Shown in pieces: positions 20,931 through 30,262 of a stretch of 64,000 nt of DNA. The notes beneath the pieces were generated by a model. The model saw nothing but the letters and a program-made list of their open reading frames with translations. It was not told the DNA's origin and did not search any database. The stretch is from Bdellovibrionota bacterium (GTDB taxonomy: Bacteria; Bdellovibrionota_C; UBA2361; JAAYZI01): positions 320,001 to 384,000 of the forward strand of contig JBMNIF010000003.1 in the NCBI GenBank assembly GCA_050950765.1, read 5' to 3'. A program made the position numbers and the translations under genes. Within the stretch, counting starts at the first letter, position 1, and the number at the start of each line of letters is the position of its first letter.

Positions 20931-21293
20931 TTATCGATATACGTTCCTAAGAGGATATTCTGCTTCGTGAAACGAAATACATATAACTGCTTGGTGCGTA
21001 CCTGTCTTAACAACCTTCACTTTAATATAAACCGGTCGCTCACAGATCTTTTTACCAAAAGTCCAAACGTTCCCTTTAAACTTTAGATCAAGATCTGCAT
21101 CTGGTTCTGAACAGTAGTCTTCAACCTTTAAGTTCATGACCTCTTGCCTGCAATTTTTGATAGTGAACCCCATCCTTAGTAAAGCATCGCGGTTCTTTTC
21201 TCTGGGGATGAGATAGAACTTGCCGCCTGCTTTAAGTATCTGTCTGAGATCATCAAAAAAGATCTTAACTGCCTCTTTGTCAGCCATAACCAC
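20931..21293 (-). CDS. MqsR-family (RelE-like) toxin
   Basis: KNRDALLRMG, EDYCSEP, VWTFGK, VYIKVK, ICISFHEAE. Immediately upstream of the antitoxin. Confidence 0.82.
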   Translation of the reverse strand: MVMADKEAVKIFFDDLRQILKAGGKFYLIPREKNRDALLRMGFTIKNCRQEVMNLKVEDYCSEPDADLDLKFKGNVWTFGKKICERPVYIKVKVVKTGTHQAVICISFHEAEYPLRNVYR

Positions 21294-21321
21294 TTTAAAA
21301 ATTAACTCCCTTTATATTTGT

Positions 21322-21351
21322 AGTTTATATATCAATTGATATATTTGTCAA
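21322..21351 (-). promoter_or_regulatory. Sigma70-type promoter of the TA operon with a perfect 18-bp palindromic operator in the spacer
   Basis: Minus strand reads TTGACA-N18-TAAACT. The palindrome ATATATCAATTGATATAT lies at 21327-21344. Confidence 0.72.
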
Positions 21352-21797
21352 TTAAAAGTTACCAATTGATTAGTTGTGCTTCTTATAACTATATGAAATT
21401 ACTATATGAAATTATTAGCAAATAATATTTTAGCGGGATGCTAATTTTATGGGTAGCACCACTCCAAAGAGGGAAATTCACTTTCTTGATACCTCGAATG
21501 TTATGGTGTCCTGCCTCTGATAAAAATGGACTTTTGTTATGTCACAATAGAGCGATCGCCCTGATCTGATTCAAGCTCTCCCCAGAAAACAATCCTCTTC
21601 CCAAAAACAATCCTTTTTATGTTTTTGCCACCCTTCAACTTCAGAAACATTCGGAGTGCTCTCTTATTTTGCGTTGAGACTAAAATCCAATAATGCATAA
21701 CTCTCCTCTCTTTTTAAAAAATCCATATCTCAAACCTCAAAAACAAGCAGCAAAAAAGACGGATTGCAAAATCGATTAAATCTGAGAATATTGCCCT

Positions 21798-22628
21798 ATG
21801 AAAGGAGAGATAAATTGGTATTATTTACTTAATGGAAAGTCGATTGGTCCCTTCTCTAAGAAGCAGTTACTAGCGATGGCTTCCTCAGGAACTATCCAGA
21901 AGAACACACTCGTTTGGTGTTCTGACGATACTCAAGGGTGTGCCCCGTTAGAACAAGCCTTCGCATTTAAAAAAGAATCACCATCAGCGCCTTTAAATAC
22001 ACCCTCAAGCACCCCCTTAAATGACACCCCTACGGAAGAAGTGCTAACTCAAACTACGGAAGAGTTTAAGGAGCAAAAGATACCTTTTTTCTACCATTCA
22101 TTACGACGCTACTTTGCCAGATGCTTGGATTACACTATTTGTGAATACCTAATAAAAATAATATTCTTTGCATTAAATCCGATTGCTGCAAAGGAATTTT
22201 TTACTTACATTGAGAAATCAGAACTCTCATTTGTAGTCTTATTTTTTATTTATGCTATAACCTTATTTCTCAACGCAGCCTTGATCGGTTATACAGGAAC
22301 AACCATTGGTAAGTGGCTTTTTGGGATAAGAGTTGTAGATTCAACGGGCTCTCCTATCAGTTACAAACGTGCCCTTCATCGAGAATTTTTAGTCTGGCTA
22401 AGAGGAGTTGGGCTTGGCATCTTCCCGATAATTTTTGGCACCTTATTGTACCAATCTCATCAATTTGAAAAGAATAACAGCACATCTTGGGATCGAGATC
22501 TAAAGCTATCAGTAGTTTACCGAAAGCCAGATTTTCGCCAATTTTTTCTTGGACTTATTGCATACGACATAATAAGTATTTTATTAACACGACTTCATAA
22601 AGCATTACTTGACGTTGTTGATATGTAG
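21798..22628 (+). CDS. RDD family membrane protein with N-terminal GYF_2 (DUF4339) domain
   Basis: WYY..NGKSIGPFS...TLVW (GYF_2), RRYFARCLD, TIGKWLFGIRVV, SWDRD. Confidence 0.85.
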   Translation: MKGEINWYYLLNGKSIGPFSKKQLLAMASSGTIQKNTLVWCSDDTQGCAPLEQAFAFKKESPSAPLNTPSSTPLNDTPTEEVLTQTTEEFKEQKIPFFYHSLRRYFARCLDYTICEYLIKIIFFALNPIAAKEFFTYIEKSELSFVVLFFIYAITLFLNAALIGYTGTTIGKWLFGIRVVDSTGSPISYKRALHREFLVWLRGVGLGIFPIIFGTLLYQSHQFEKNNSTSWDRDLKLSVVYRKPDFRQFFLGLIAYDIISILLTRLHKALLDVVDM

Positions 22629-22834
22629 ATGTTGGCACATAAATTATAATAACTAGAAAACCACAAGGCTCTTTTACCACTACACAAACAAATTAAAACC
22701 TTAATTGAAGAAAACAAGCTGAATAAGAAAGAAGCTTCACTGACTTCTAAGCCTAAACACTTTTTAAAAGTTCCTAGCTGAAGGGCGGCACCAGAAATCT
22801 CACGTGAGAGCTTTCATAATATCTTTATAAAATA

Positions 22835-23566
22835 TCACTCATGAAAATACGCCCAATCACCAATCAGTTCATACGATCCACAGAATTTAGAGTCTTGCTC
22901 CATAATACGACCAGCGACCTCACAATAATTCTGTTTTGGAAGGTAATAAAACTCATCGAACATAAATACCCCACTAACCGATAGCTTCCAACGATTCCCT
23001 TTCCAATAAGGAGATTGACTTAAAACTTCATATTTATACTCGTTATAAGCGGCCAATCCTGGAGTTGGAAGTGTTGCAAAGTATTTAGGCACAAGCGCTT
23101 CTAAATTAGGGGGTGGTGCATCGTTTTCAACTTCAAAAGTCTTGATAGCGTGTATAAGGTCTTTACTTTTTAGAGCAAGACGTTCTAAACCTGCAAATTG
23201 CAATTTAATTGCAAAGGAAGATCCGTGTATTAACACCAGACCTATTATTGCCGCACTAAACATCTTTACAACTCGATCTCCCCTGTTAGGACCTGTTAGA
23301 AACTTAATAAAATTGAGCAGTATAGATATAAGTATAAAACAGATCAAACCTCCCATTACTGCACTAGAAGCAAAGTGTACTGTTCCACTTAACGTTGCTT
23401 TAAGCGGTGACCAAGGTAATACTGCCACCGCATTTACGATAATAAAAATAACTGTAACAACCAAAGCAAAGAAAAATAATCCAAAAAACTTTATTAGAAA
23501 CTTTATTAGAGATCTGCGATCTAATGACCTACCACTTAAAAGTTTTGATATTATCGATAAATTCAT
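22835..23566 (-). CDS. Membrane protein, array copy 1 (3 TM + pilin/pseudopilin-like C-terminal domain)
   Basis: Hydrophobic N-terminal half followed by LIHAIKTFEVENDAPPPNLEALVPKYFATLP and a C-terminal Cys pair. Paralogous to the three upstream copies. Confidence 0.8.
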   Translation of the reverse strand: MNLSIISKLLSGRSLDRRSLIKFLIKFFGLFFFALVVTVIFIIVNAVAVLPWSPLKATLSGTVHFASSAVMGGLICFILISILLNFIKFLTGPNRGDRVVKMFSAAIIGLVLIHGSSFAIKLQFAGLERLALKSKDLIHAIKTFEVENDAPPPNLEALVPKYFATLPTPGLAAYNEYKYEVLSQSPYWKGNRWKLSVSGVFMFDEFYYLPKQNYCEVAGRIMEQDSKFCGSYELIGDWAYFHE

Positions 23567-23568
23567 AG

Positions 23569-23814
23569 CTAACCCTTCGCACCATCTTTTTGGCTAAACT
23601 TCTCTGCAATCCACATCTTCACCAACGACTGCCTAGCAGCTCCAAAACGTCGAGCTTCCTTGTCTAAACTTGCAATTACCCAAACAGGAAAGTCAATATT
23701 GACCCTCTTAAGTTCAGTGTTAACTCGTCGAGCTTTTGATTTATCAAGGTATTGAGTAACATCATCACCACGCTTAAAAGTAGCATCAAAATCTTTGGCT
23801 TTAATTTTCTCCAT
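23569..23814 (-). CDS. Orphan CopG/BrnA-type ribbon-helix-helix antitoxin
   Basis: KAKDFDATF..GDDVTQYLD.SKARR...KRVNIDFPVWVIASLDKEA..G..RQSLVKMWIAE. No toxin gene upstream. Confidence 0.82.
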   Translation of the reverse strand: MEKIKAKDFDATFKRGDDVTQYLDKSKARRVNTELKRVNIDFPVWVIASLDKEARRFGAARQSLVKMWIAEKFSQKDGAKG

Positions 23815-23903
23815 ATAGTTCTACACTATTATACACATTCACCTTTTAACGAAATTAACATTTACATATCTCTTAGCGATATTCTAGAAATTTTTTCAAG
23901 AGA

Positions 23904-24693
23904 TCAATCACGAAAATACACCCAATCACCAATCATTTGATACGATCCGCAGGATTTTGGGTTTTGATCCATAGTAGATCTTTTAGTTCGACAATAGTTC
24001 TGGTTTGGGATGTAAAAAAACTCATCCAACAGAAATACCCCTTCAACTGATAGCTTCCAATAACTCCCATTCGTAGCAGAATTGAAAACATTATAGTCGT
24101 ACTCACGATACCTTGCCAACCTTGGAGTTGGAAGTGTTGCAAAGTATTTAGGCACAAGCGCTTCTAAATTAGGGGGTGGTGCATCGTTTTCAGCTTCAAA
24201 AGTCTTGATGGCGTGTATAAGGTCTTTACTTTCTAAAGCAAGACGTTCTAAACCTGCAAATTGCAAATTGACCGCAAAGAAACCTCCAAATATTAATATT
24301 ACAACCATCATTGCTGCGCCAAACATTGTGGCAACCCCATGCCACCTATCTGGGCCTACCAAAATCATAATTAAACTAATCGGTATAGATAAAATCGCGT
24401 AAAACACCAAAACTAGCAAACCTACCCCCCATAAAAGAGAAAGCAAGAACCACTCCTTCACTAATTAACGGTGCTTTTAGGAATGACCAAGATGATACTG
24501 CCAACGCATTTACAATAATAAAAATAACTACAACAAATAAGGCAATTAGAGATAGTATAGAAAAGCACTTTAAAGGAGAAAGGTCGTCTTTCTCCTTTTT
24601 TAGCCACCATTCATTTTCATCTGACTTATCAAGACACGGAGTGGCACCGTCATCATGCTTAAAAGTGTTATCAGAATCTATGTCTTTTTCCAT
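23904..24693 (-). pseudogene. Membrane protein, array copy 2, frameshifted (ORFs 24376-24693 and 23904-24461)
   Basis: Removing one G from the G6 tract (C6 at 24425-24430 on +) joins ...FSFMG-VGLLVLVFYAILSIP... into a full-length paralogue. Confidence 0.75.
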
Positions 24694-24781
24694 ATAATTC
24701 TACGTTATTATACACATTCACTTTTAAACAAAATCACCTCTATATATCTCTTAGCGATATCCTAAGGAGCATTCCAAAGAA

Positions 24782-25576
24782 TCAATCAACACTATAAAAC
24801 GCCCAATCACCAATTAAGAGATATGATCCGCAGGATTTAACGTTTTGCCTCATGGGAGAATCCGCGATCTCGCAATAGTTCTGTTCCGGAAAGTAAAGAA
24901 ACTCACTGGACAAAAGTGGTAATTTGACTGATAGCTTCCAACGATTCCCCTTCCAATAAGGAGATTGATCTAAAACTTCATATTCATACTTGTTATAAGC
25001 AGCCAATCCTGGAGTTGGAAGTGTTGCAAAGTACTTAGGCACAAGCACTTCTAAATTAGGGGGTGGTGCATTGTTTTCAACTTCAAAAGTCTTGATAGCG
25101 TGTATAAGGTCTTTACTTTTTGGAGCGATACGTTCGCAAGCTACGTATGGTGATTCAAGTACAAATCCCATTGCATACATTGGCAACATAAACGTCATTG
25201 CTGCGCTCAACATTATGGCAACTCCATGCCACCTATCGGGACCTATTAAGATCATAATTAAACCTATCGGTATAGCTAGCATCGCCAAAAACAGCAAAGC
25301 CACCAGCAGCATGATTAAAGGATACATTAAGTATTGGTTGCTCAGCACTCCTTTGATTGGTGACCAAGGTGATACTGCCATATCAGCCACGATAATGTTT
25401 ATAGCTGCAATAAATAGAAAGGTGAGACATATTATAAAAAACAACTTTAAAGGAGAAAGATGATTTTCCTCAGCCTCCTTTTTTAGCCACCATTCATTTT
25501 CATTTGACTTATCAAGACACGGAGTGGCACCATCACCATCCTTAAAAGTGTTATCGGAGCCTATATCTTTTTCCAT
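24782..25576 (-). CDS. Membrane protein, array copy 3
   Basis: Paralogue of copy 1 with an MEKDIGSDNTFKDGDGATPCLDKS N-terminus. Confidence 0.8.
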   Translation of the reverse strand: MEKDIGSDNTFKDGDGATPCLDKSNENEWWLKKEAEENHLSPLKLFFIICLTFLFIAAINIIVADMAVSPWSPIKGVLSNQYLMYPLIMLLVALLFLAMLAIPIGLIMILIGPDRWHGVAIMLSAAMTFMLPMYAMGFVLESPYVACERIAPKSKDLIHAIKTFEVENNAPPPNLEVLVPKYFATLPTPGLAAYNKYEYEVLDQSPYWKGNRWKLSVKLPLLSSEFLYFPEQNYCEIADSPMRQNVKSCGSYLLIGDWAFYSVD

Positions 25577-25622
25577 ATAATTCTACGTTATTATACACAT
25601 TCACTTTTTAACAAAATCACCT

Positions 25623-26444
25623 CTACATATCTCCTAGCGACATCCCAGAAGCTTTCCTAAGAGATCTCTCATAAGAATGCACCCAATCACCAATCAATAT
25701 ACGTGGTCCACAGAATCTAGAGTCTTGATCCAAAGTATAAATAGTGTCATCACAATAGTTCTGTTCTGGAAGGTAATAAAACTCATTAAACAACATCTCT
25801 ACTTCGATTGATAACTTCCAACGATTTCCTTTCCAAGCAGGATCTAAAACTTCATATTTGTACTCGTTATGGGCAGCCAAGTTAGGTCTCGGAACTGTTG
25901 CAAAGTATTTAGGCACAAGCGCTTCTAAGTTAGGGGGTGGTGCATCGTTTTCAGCTTCAAAAGTCTTGATAGCGTTTATAAGGTCTTTACTTTCTAGAGC
26001 AAGGCGTTTTAAACCTGCAATTTTCAATTCAGTTGCAAAGAAACCTCCAAACGTTAATATTACAAACACTATTGCTGCGCCAAACATTGTTGCAACCCCA
26101 TGCCACCTATTGGAACTTATCAGAATCATAATTAGACTAAGAGGTATAGCTAGCATCGCAGAAACCGGTAAAGCTCTCTGCAGCAGGATTAAAAGAAACA
26201 CCACATAACGGCTACTCAGCGCTCCTTTAATTGGTGTCCAAGATGATACTGCTATATCAGTCAAGATAATGTTTATAGCTGCAAAAAATAGACCAGCTAG
26301 ACATATTATAAAAAACCACTTTAAGGGAGAAAGATCGCCTTCCTCATTTTTTAGCCACCACTTATTTTTATTTGACTTATCAAGACACGGAGTGGCACCG
26401 TCACCATCCTTAAAAGTGTTATCGGAGCCTATATCTTTTTCCAT
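25623..26444 (-). CDS. Membrane protein, array copy 4
   Basis: Paralogue with the same N-terminus. Its C-terminus reads through into the conserved intergenic segment. Confidence 0.8.
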   Translation of the reverse strand: MEKDIGSDNTFKDGDGATPCLDKSNKNKWWLKNEEGDLSPLKWFFIICLAGLFFAAINIILTDIAVSSWTPIKGALSSRYVVFLLILLQRALPVSAMLAIPLSLIMILISSNRWHGVATMFGAAIVFVILTFGGFFATELKIAGLKRLALESKDLINAIKTFEAENDAPPPNLEALVPKYFATVPRPNLAAHNEYKYEVLDPAWKGNRWKLSIEVEMLFNEFYYLPEQNYCDDTIYTLDQDSRFCGPRILIGDWVHSYERSLRKASGMSLGDM

Positions 26445-26800
26445 ATAGCTTCACCCTTCATCTTTTTAAAAGCATTGTACAGAGATTAACCTGTCTCTAT
26501 CTTCACAACAAGTAGTAACCTACCCCCCTGCTACTATCCTTTACCTTTTTCAAGCAGCAAAAAGCACGAACCCACACCCTCGCTATGGCTTTAATTTTGT
26601 TTTTCAGTGGATATCAAGATCTCTAACTCATACACCTAAGCGCCTCTACATACTTTTCAAGCACCATTTTCAGTTTAAGGGAATATTTTCTAAGTTTGAC
26701 AGGAATAACCTTAAGACGCTTCCCAGATAGACAAATCTTCAGAGCATTGAGCGCCATTTCTAAAGTAAGAAAACGAAAAGGATCGACACTCCCTCTCTCG

Positions 26801-27280
26801 TTATCTGTCAGCCTTGTTTATAACACACTCTCCGTTAAAAACGGCTCCCTCATGTACTTCAAAACTAGGAGAGATAACTTTTGCCGCAATCTGTGCCCCC
26901 CGATATGCAACAAGCTTTTTTCTAGCAAACACCTCACCTTTTAACTCCCCATACACTTCAAAAACATCAGCTTCCAAAACCCCCGCCAAGACACCTTGCT
27001 TCTCCACCACCACTTGAGATGCAGAAAAGAGCTCCCCCTCTAAATTACCCTCAATCCGAACAGGCTTATCAAAATTAACCTTTCCGACAACGGTAGTACC
27101 CGCCGGAAACGGAGTCTCAAGAACGGCGTTTTCTAGATTTTTTAGAGACTCTTCCTCAAACGACGAAATCGTTCTCTTTTCTTCCGTAGTAGCAACATCT
27201 GCCACAGGCTCCGTTTCTTGCCCCCGTTCTTTTGCCTTTCCAAACCAAAAAGCCACATCGCCTCCACAACACTGACTCAA
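26801..27280 (-). CDS. Bactofilin (polymer-forming cytoskeletal protein)
   Basis: GTTVVGKVNF..PVRIEGNLEGEL...GVLAGVLEA...VYGELKGEV...GAVFNGEC beta-helix repeats. Likely start is the GTG at 27256, after GGAGG. Confidence 0.85.
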   Translation of the reverse strand: MSQCCGGDVAFWFGKAKERGQETEPVADVATTEEKRTISSFEEESLKNLENAVLETPFPAGTTVVGKVNFDKPVRIEGNLEGELFSASQVVVEKQGVLAGVLEADVFEVYGELKGEVFARKKLVAYRGAQIAAKVISPSFEVHEGAVFNGECVINKADR

Positions 27281-27420
27281 CGCCCCTCATGATACTCCAA
27301 AATTCAAGCGCGACCAACCCCCTTGTAAAACAATATTTTCAATCTTAAAAAGGTAGAACTATTTTATAACATTAACACTTCATCTGTTGGCATATTTCGT
27401 TGTCATTGCTAACATAGAGA

Positions 27421-28752
27421 GTGTTTTTTCGTACACTATCTTTATTGCAGGAGGTCATAGTGGTTCGACGTTTTTTATCAAGGATTTTATTACTCTGGCT
27501 TAGTCTATCTTTTCCATTAACAGATCTCTACGCACAAGCATCAAACAGCCATAAACCTTTGACCGCTCCCCGTTATTCACTAAACCCCTCAAAAGTTCAG
27601 CTAAGCGTTATTAAAGAGACTTTCGGACCACCACTCCCCCTTCCCGCCTCCATAGCGGCACTTACACCATCTTTTCTAACCGTCAATTCACGTGGCGAAG
27701 TGTACATGAGAACTATCCCTCTCTTAAAAGACCATCGTGGATCAGTTATCGGGAGAAATCAGAGGGGCGATCTTATTATTTACTCTGTCGATCCCGCCCT
27801 ACACGCTTTAAGTAAAAAATTAGTACAACAAGCGAATGCTCCGCATGTAGCGGTTGTAGCAATGGATCCAAAAACAGGGCGCATCCTCGCCATGGCAGAA
27901 AAATCTGCTTCACTTTCGCACCCACTCTTGCACAGCGAATTTCCTGCAGCTTCTCTTTTTAAAGTAGTGACAGCCGCTGCGGCACTAGAAACGGGGTTGG
28001 TAGCTCCAACTTCCAAGATCTATTATCGCGGTGGCATATATCAGTTAAATCAGAACAACTACACCGTGAGTCCACGTTATGACAAAAACTTCATGCAGCT
28101 AGATCTCGCCTTAGGCAAATCATGCAACCCCGTTTTCGGTAGAGTTGCTCTTAAATATCTCAAACCGGCACGTCTACGCAGCTACGCTCGACAGTTCGGT
28201 TTTGATACCGATTTAGCTTTTGATATTCCGTTGTCTGATAGCCATGCCGTAATTCCAAACGACAACTACGGACTTAGTAGAACGGCTGCCGGATTTGGCG
28301 ATGTCACGATTAGCCCTATCCATGCAGCGACACTGATGTCAGCCGTAGCGAATAACGGTCAGATGACGCGCCCTTACGTTGTGGAAAAGGTAATTAGTAA
28401 AGATTCGGTTTTACGTTATGCTGCCAAGCCGAAACAACTTGGACAAGTAGCAAGACCTGAAACAGCTAGAAAGTTAATGCAGATGATGGAAACAACAACG
28501 CTACAGGGAACAGCACGTAACGATTTTACTTATAAAGGGAGGCGCCTTCTCCCTAATATTCGCGTTGCTGCAAAAACCGGTACATTACGCGGAAAAAATC
28601 CGATCGGTTTAAACAGATGGTTTATTGCTGCAGCTCCTATTGAAAATCCAAAGATCGCAGTGGCAGTGCTAGCCATAAATCCAGTCAATACAGCAGCACG
28701 TCCAGCTCAGATTGGAAAAAAATTAATTGAACAATATTTAAATAAAAAATAG
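27421..28752 (+). CDS. Penicillin-binding transpeptidase-domain protein
   Basis: SxxK (ASLFK), SxN (SCN), KTG (AKTGT), N-terminal signal/anchor. Confidence 0.88.
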   Translation: MFFRTLSLLQEVIVVRRFLSRILLLWLSLSFPLTDLYAQASNSHKPLTAPRYSLNPSKVQLSVIKETFGPPLPLPASIAALTPSFLTVNSRGEVYMRTIPLLKDHRGSVIGRNQRGDLIIYSVDPALHALSKKLVQQANAPHVAVVAMDPKTGRILAMAEKSASLSHPLLHSEFPAASLFKVVTAAAALETGLVAPTSKIYYRGGIYQLNQNNYTVSPRYDKNFMQLDLALGKSCNPVFGRVALKYLKPARLRSYARQFGFDTDLAFDIPLSDSHAVIPNDNYGLSRTAAGFGDVTISPIHAATLMSAVANNGQMTRPYVVEKVISKDSVLRYAAKPKQLGQVARPETARKLMQMMETTTLQGTARNDFTYKGRRLLPNIRVAAKTGTLRGKNPIGLNRWFIAAAPIENPKIAVAVLAINPVNTAARPAQIGKKLIEQYLNKK

Positions 28753-28754
28753 TT

Positions 28755-30167
28755 ATGGAACGCATTTATTTATTTAATACCTTAACACGTGAGGTTGAAG
28801 AGCTTAAACCAATTTCACCTGGTAAAGTCGGTTTATATTGTTGCGGTCCTACCGTTTATAATTTCCAACATATCGGCAACTTCAAAACATTCCTTTTTGA
28901 AGATATCCTCACGCGCACCCTTCGCTACGCTGGTTATGATGTAACGCACGTTATGAACATCACAGATGTTGGACATCTGACAGGAGATAACGATGAGGGC
29001 GAAGACAAAATGGCGCTCGCTATGCGTCGCGAAAAAAAGAAGTCTGAAGAGATCGCAGATTTTTACACCACGAAGTTTTTTGAAGATTGGGATAAATTAA
29101 ATTTAAAACGTCCTGATATCGTCTGCAAAGCAACTCAACACATCGCAGAGATGATTGAGTTAATCAAAAAGATTGAAGCTGCTGGTTGTGCTTATCAAGC
29201 AGGCGGAAACGTTTATTTTGATGTTTCAAAGTTTGAACAGTACGGCAAATTGGCAAAGCTAGATCTTGAAAAGCTGCGTGCTGGTGCGCGTGTTGATTTA
29301 GACCAACACAAACGAAATGCTTTTGATTTTGCCCTTTGGTTTACAAAATCAAAGTTTGAGAATCAGGAGATGACGTGGGACTCTCCTTGGGGCAGAGGCT
29401 ATCCTGGTTGGCATATTGAGTGCAGCGCCATGTCCATGAAGTATCTTGGTGAAGAGTTTGATATTCATTGTGGCGGAATTGATCACATCCCCGTCCATCA
29501 TACCAATGAAATTGCACAATCAGAAGCTGCCGTAGGGCATCAATGCGTTAGGATCTGGATGCACAGTGAATTCCTATTACTCGACAAACAGAAGATGTCG
29601 AAATCCACAGGTGGGTTCTTAGTCTTAAATGATATCATTGAAAGGGGTTTCGATCCTCTAGTCTATCGCATGCTTGTACTGGGCGCACATTACAGAACTC
29701 AACTTAATTTCAGTTGGGAGATTATGGAAAACACCAAACAGACTCTCGATAAATTGCGCAATAACGTTATAACGTTACGCGCCGCTGCTAAGTCAGATCA
29801 TTCTGAAAAAAGCGACCCCGCCCTTATGGCACAATACGAGTCTACTTATAAAGAGGCACTTTTTAACGACCTTAATACTCCGCAAGCCCTCGCCGTAGTT
29901 TGGAAGATGTTATCAGACCAAGCGCTTTCTCCTGCCGATAAATTAACTCTTTTGTATAACTTTGATGCAGTGCTGGGTCTTAACCTAGAAAAATGGGAAG
30001 AAGCTACGGTAGAGATTACACCAGAACTGCAGGCACTACTTGAAGAAAGACAAGCGGCGCGCCTTGCTAAAGATTGGGCTGCTGCAGATGCTGCACGCGA
30101 CAAGATCCTTGCTTTAGGATTTAAAGTAGAGGATAAAGCGGATGGACAAAAGTTACGGAAGGCTTAA
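28755..30167 (+). CDS. cysS: Cysteine--tRNA ligase
   Basis: CGPTVY, HIGN, PGWHIECSAMS, KMSKS. Confidence 0.98.
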   Translation: MERIYLFNTLTREVEELKPISPGKVGLYCCGPTVYNFQHIGNFKTFLFEDILTRTLRYAGYDVTHVMNITDVGHLTGDNDEGEDKMALAMRREKKKSEEIADFYTTKFFEDWDKLNLKRPDIVCKATQHIAEMIELIKKIEAAGCAYQAGGNVYFDVSKFEQYGKLAKLDLEKLRAGARVDLDQHKRNAFDFALWFTKSKFENQEMTWDSPWGRGYPGWHIECSAMSMKYLGEEFDIHCGGIDHIPVHHTNEIAQSEAAVGHQCVRIWMHSEFLLLDKQKMSKSTGGFLVLNDIIERGFDPLVYRMLVLGAHYRTQLNFSWEIMENTKQTLDKLRNNVITLRAAAKSDHSEKSDPALMAQYESTYKEALFNDLNTPQALAVVWKMLSDQALSPADKLTLLYNFDAVLGLNLEKWEEATVEITPELQALLEERQAARLAKDWAAADAARDKILALGFKVEDKADGQKLRKA

Positions 30168-30262
30168 AGATACCTTTTCTATTTAAATAAAATAAGGGGG
30201 ATCTTTCGAGCCTCTAATTCCTCAAAACACCATAAGTTAAAAAGGATAAAGATAGATTAAAT

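Noticed and set aside
22835..26444. Integron cassette array
   Set aside because: The intergenic repeats lack RYYYAAC...GTTRRRY attC structure, the genes are paralogues of each other, and no integrase is present.
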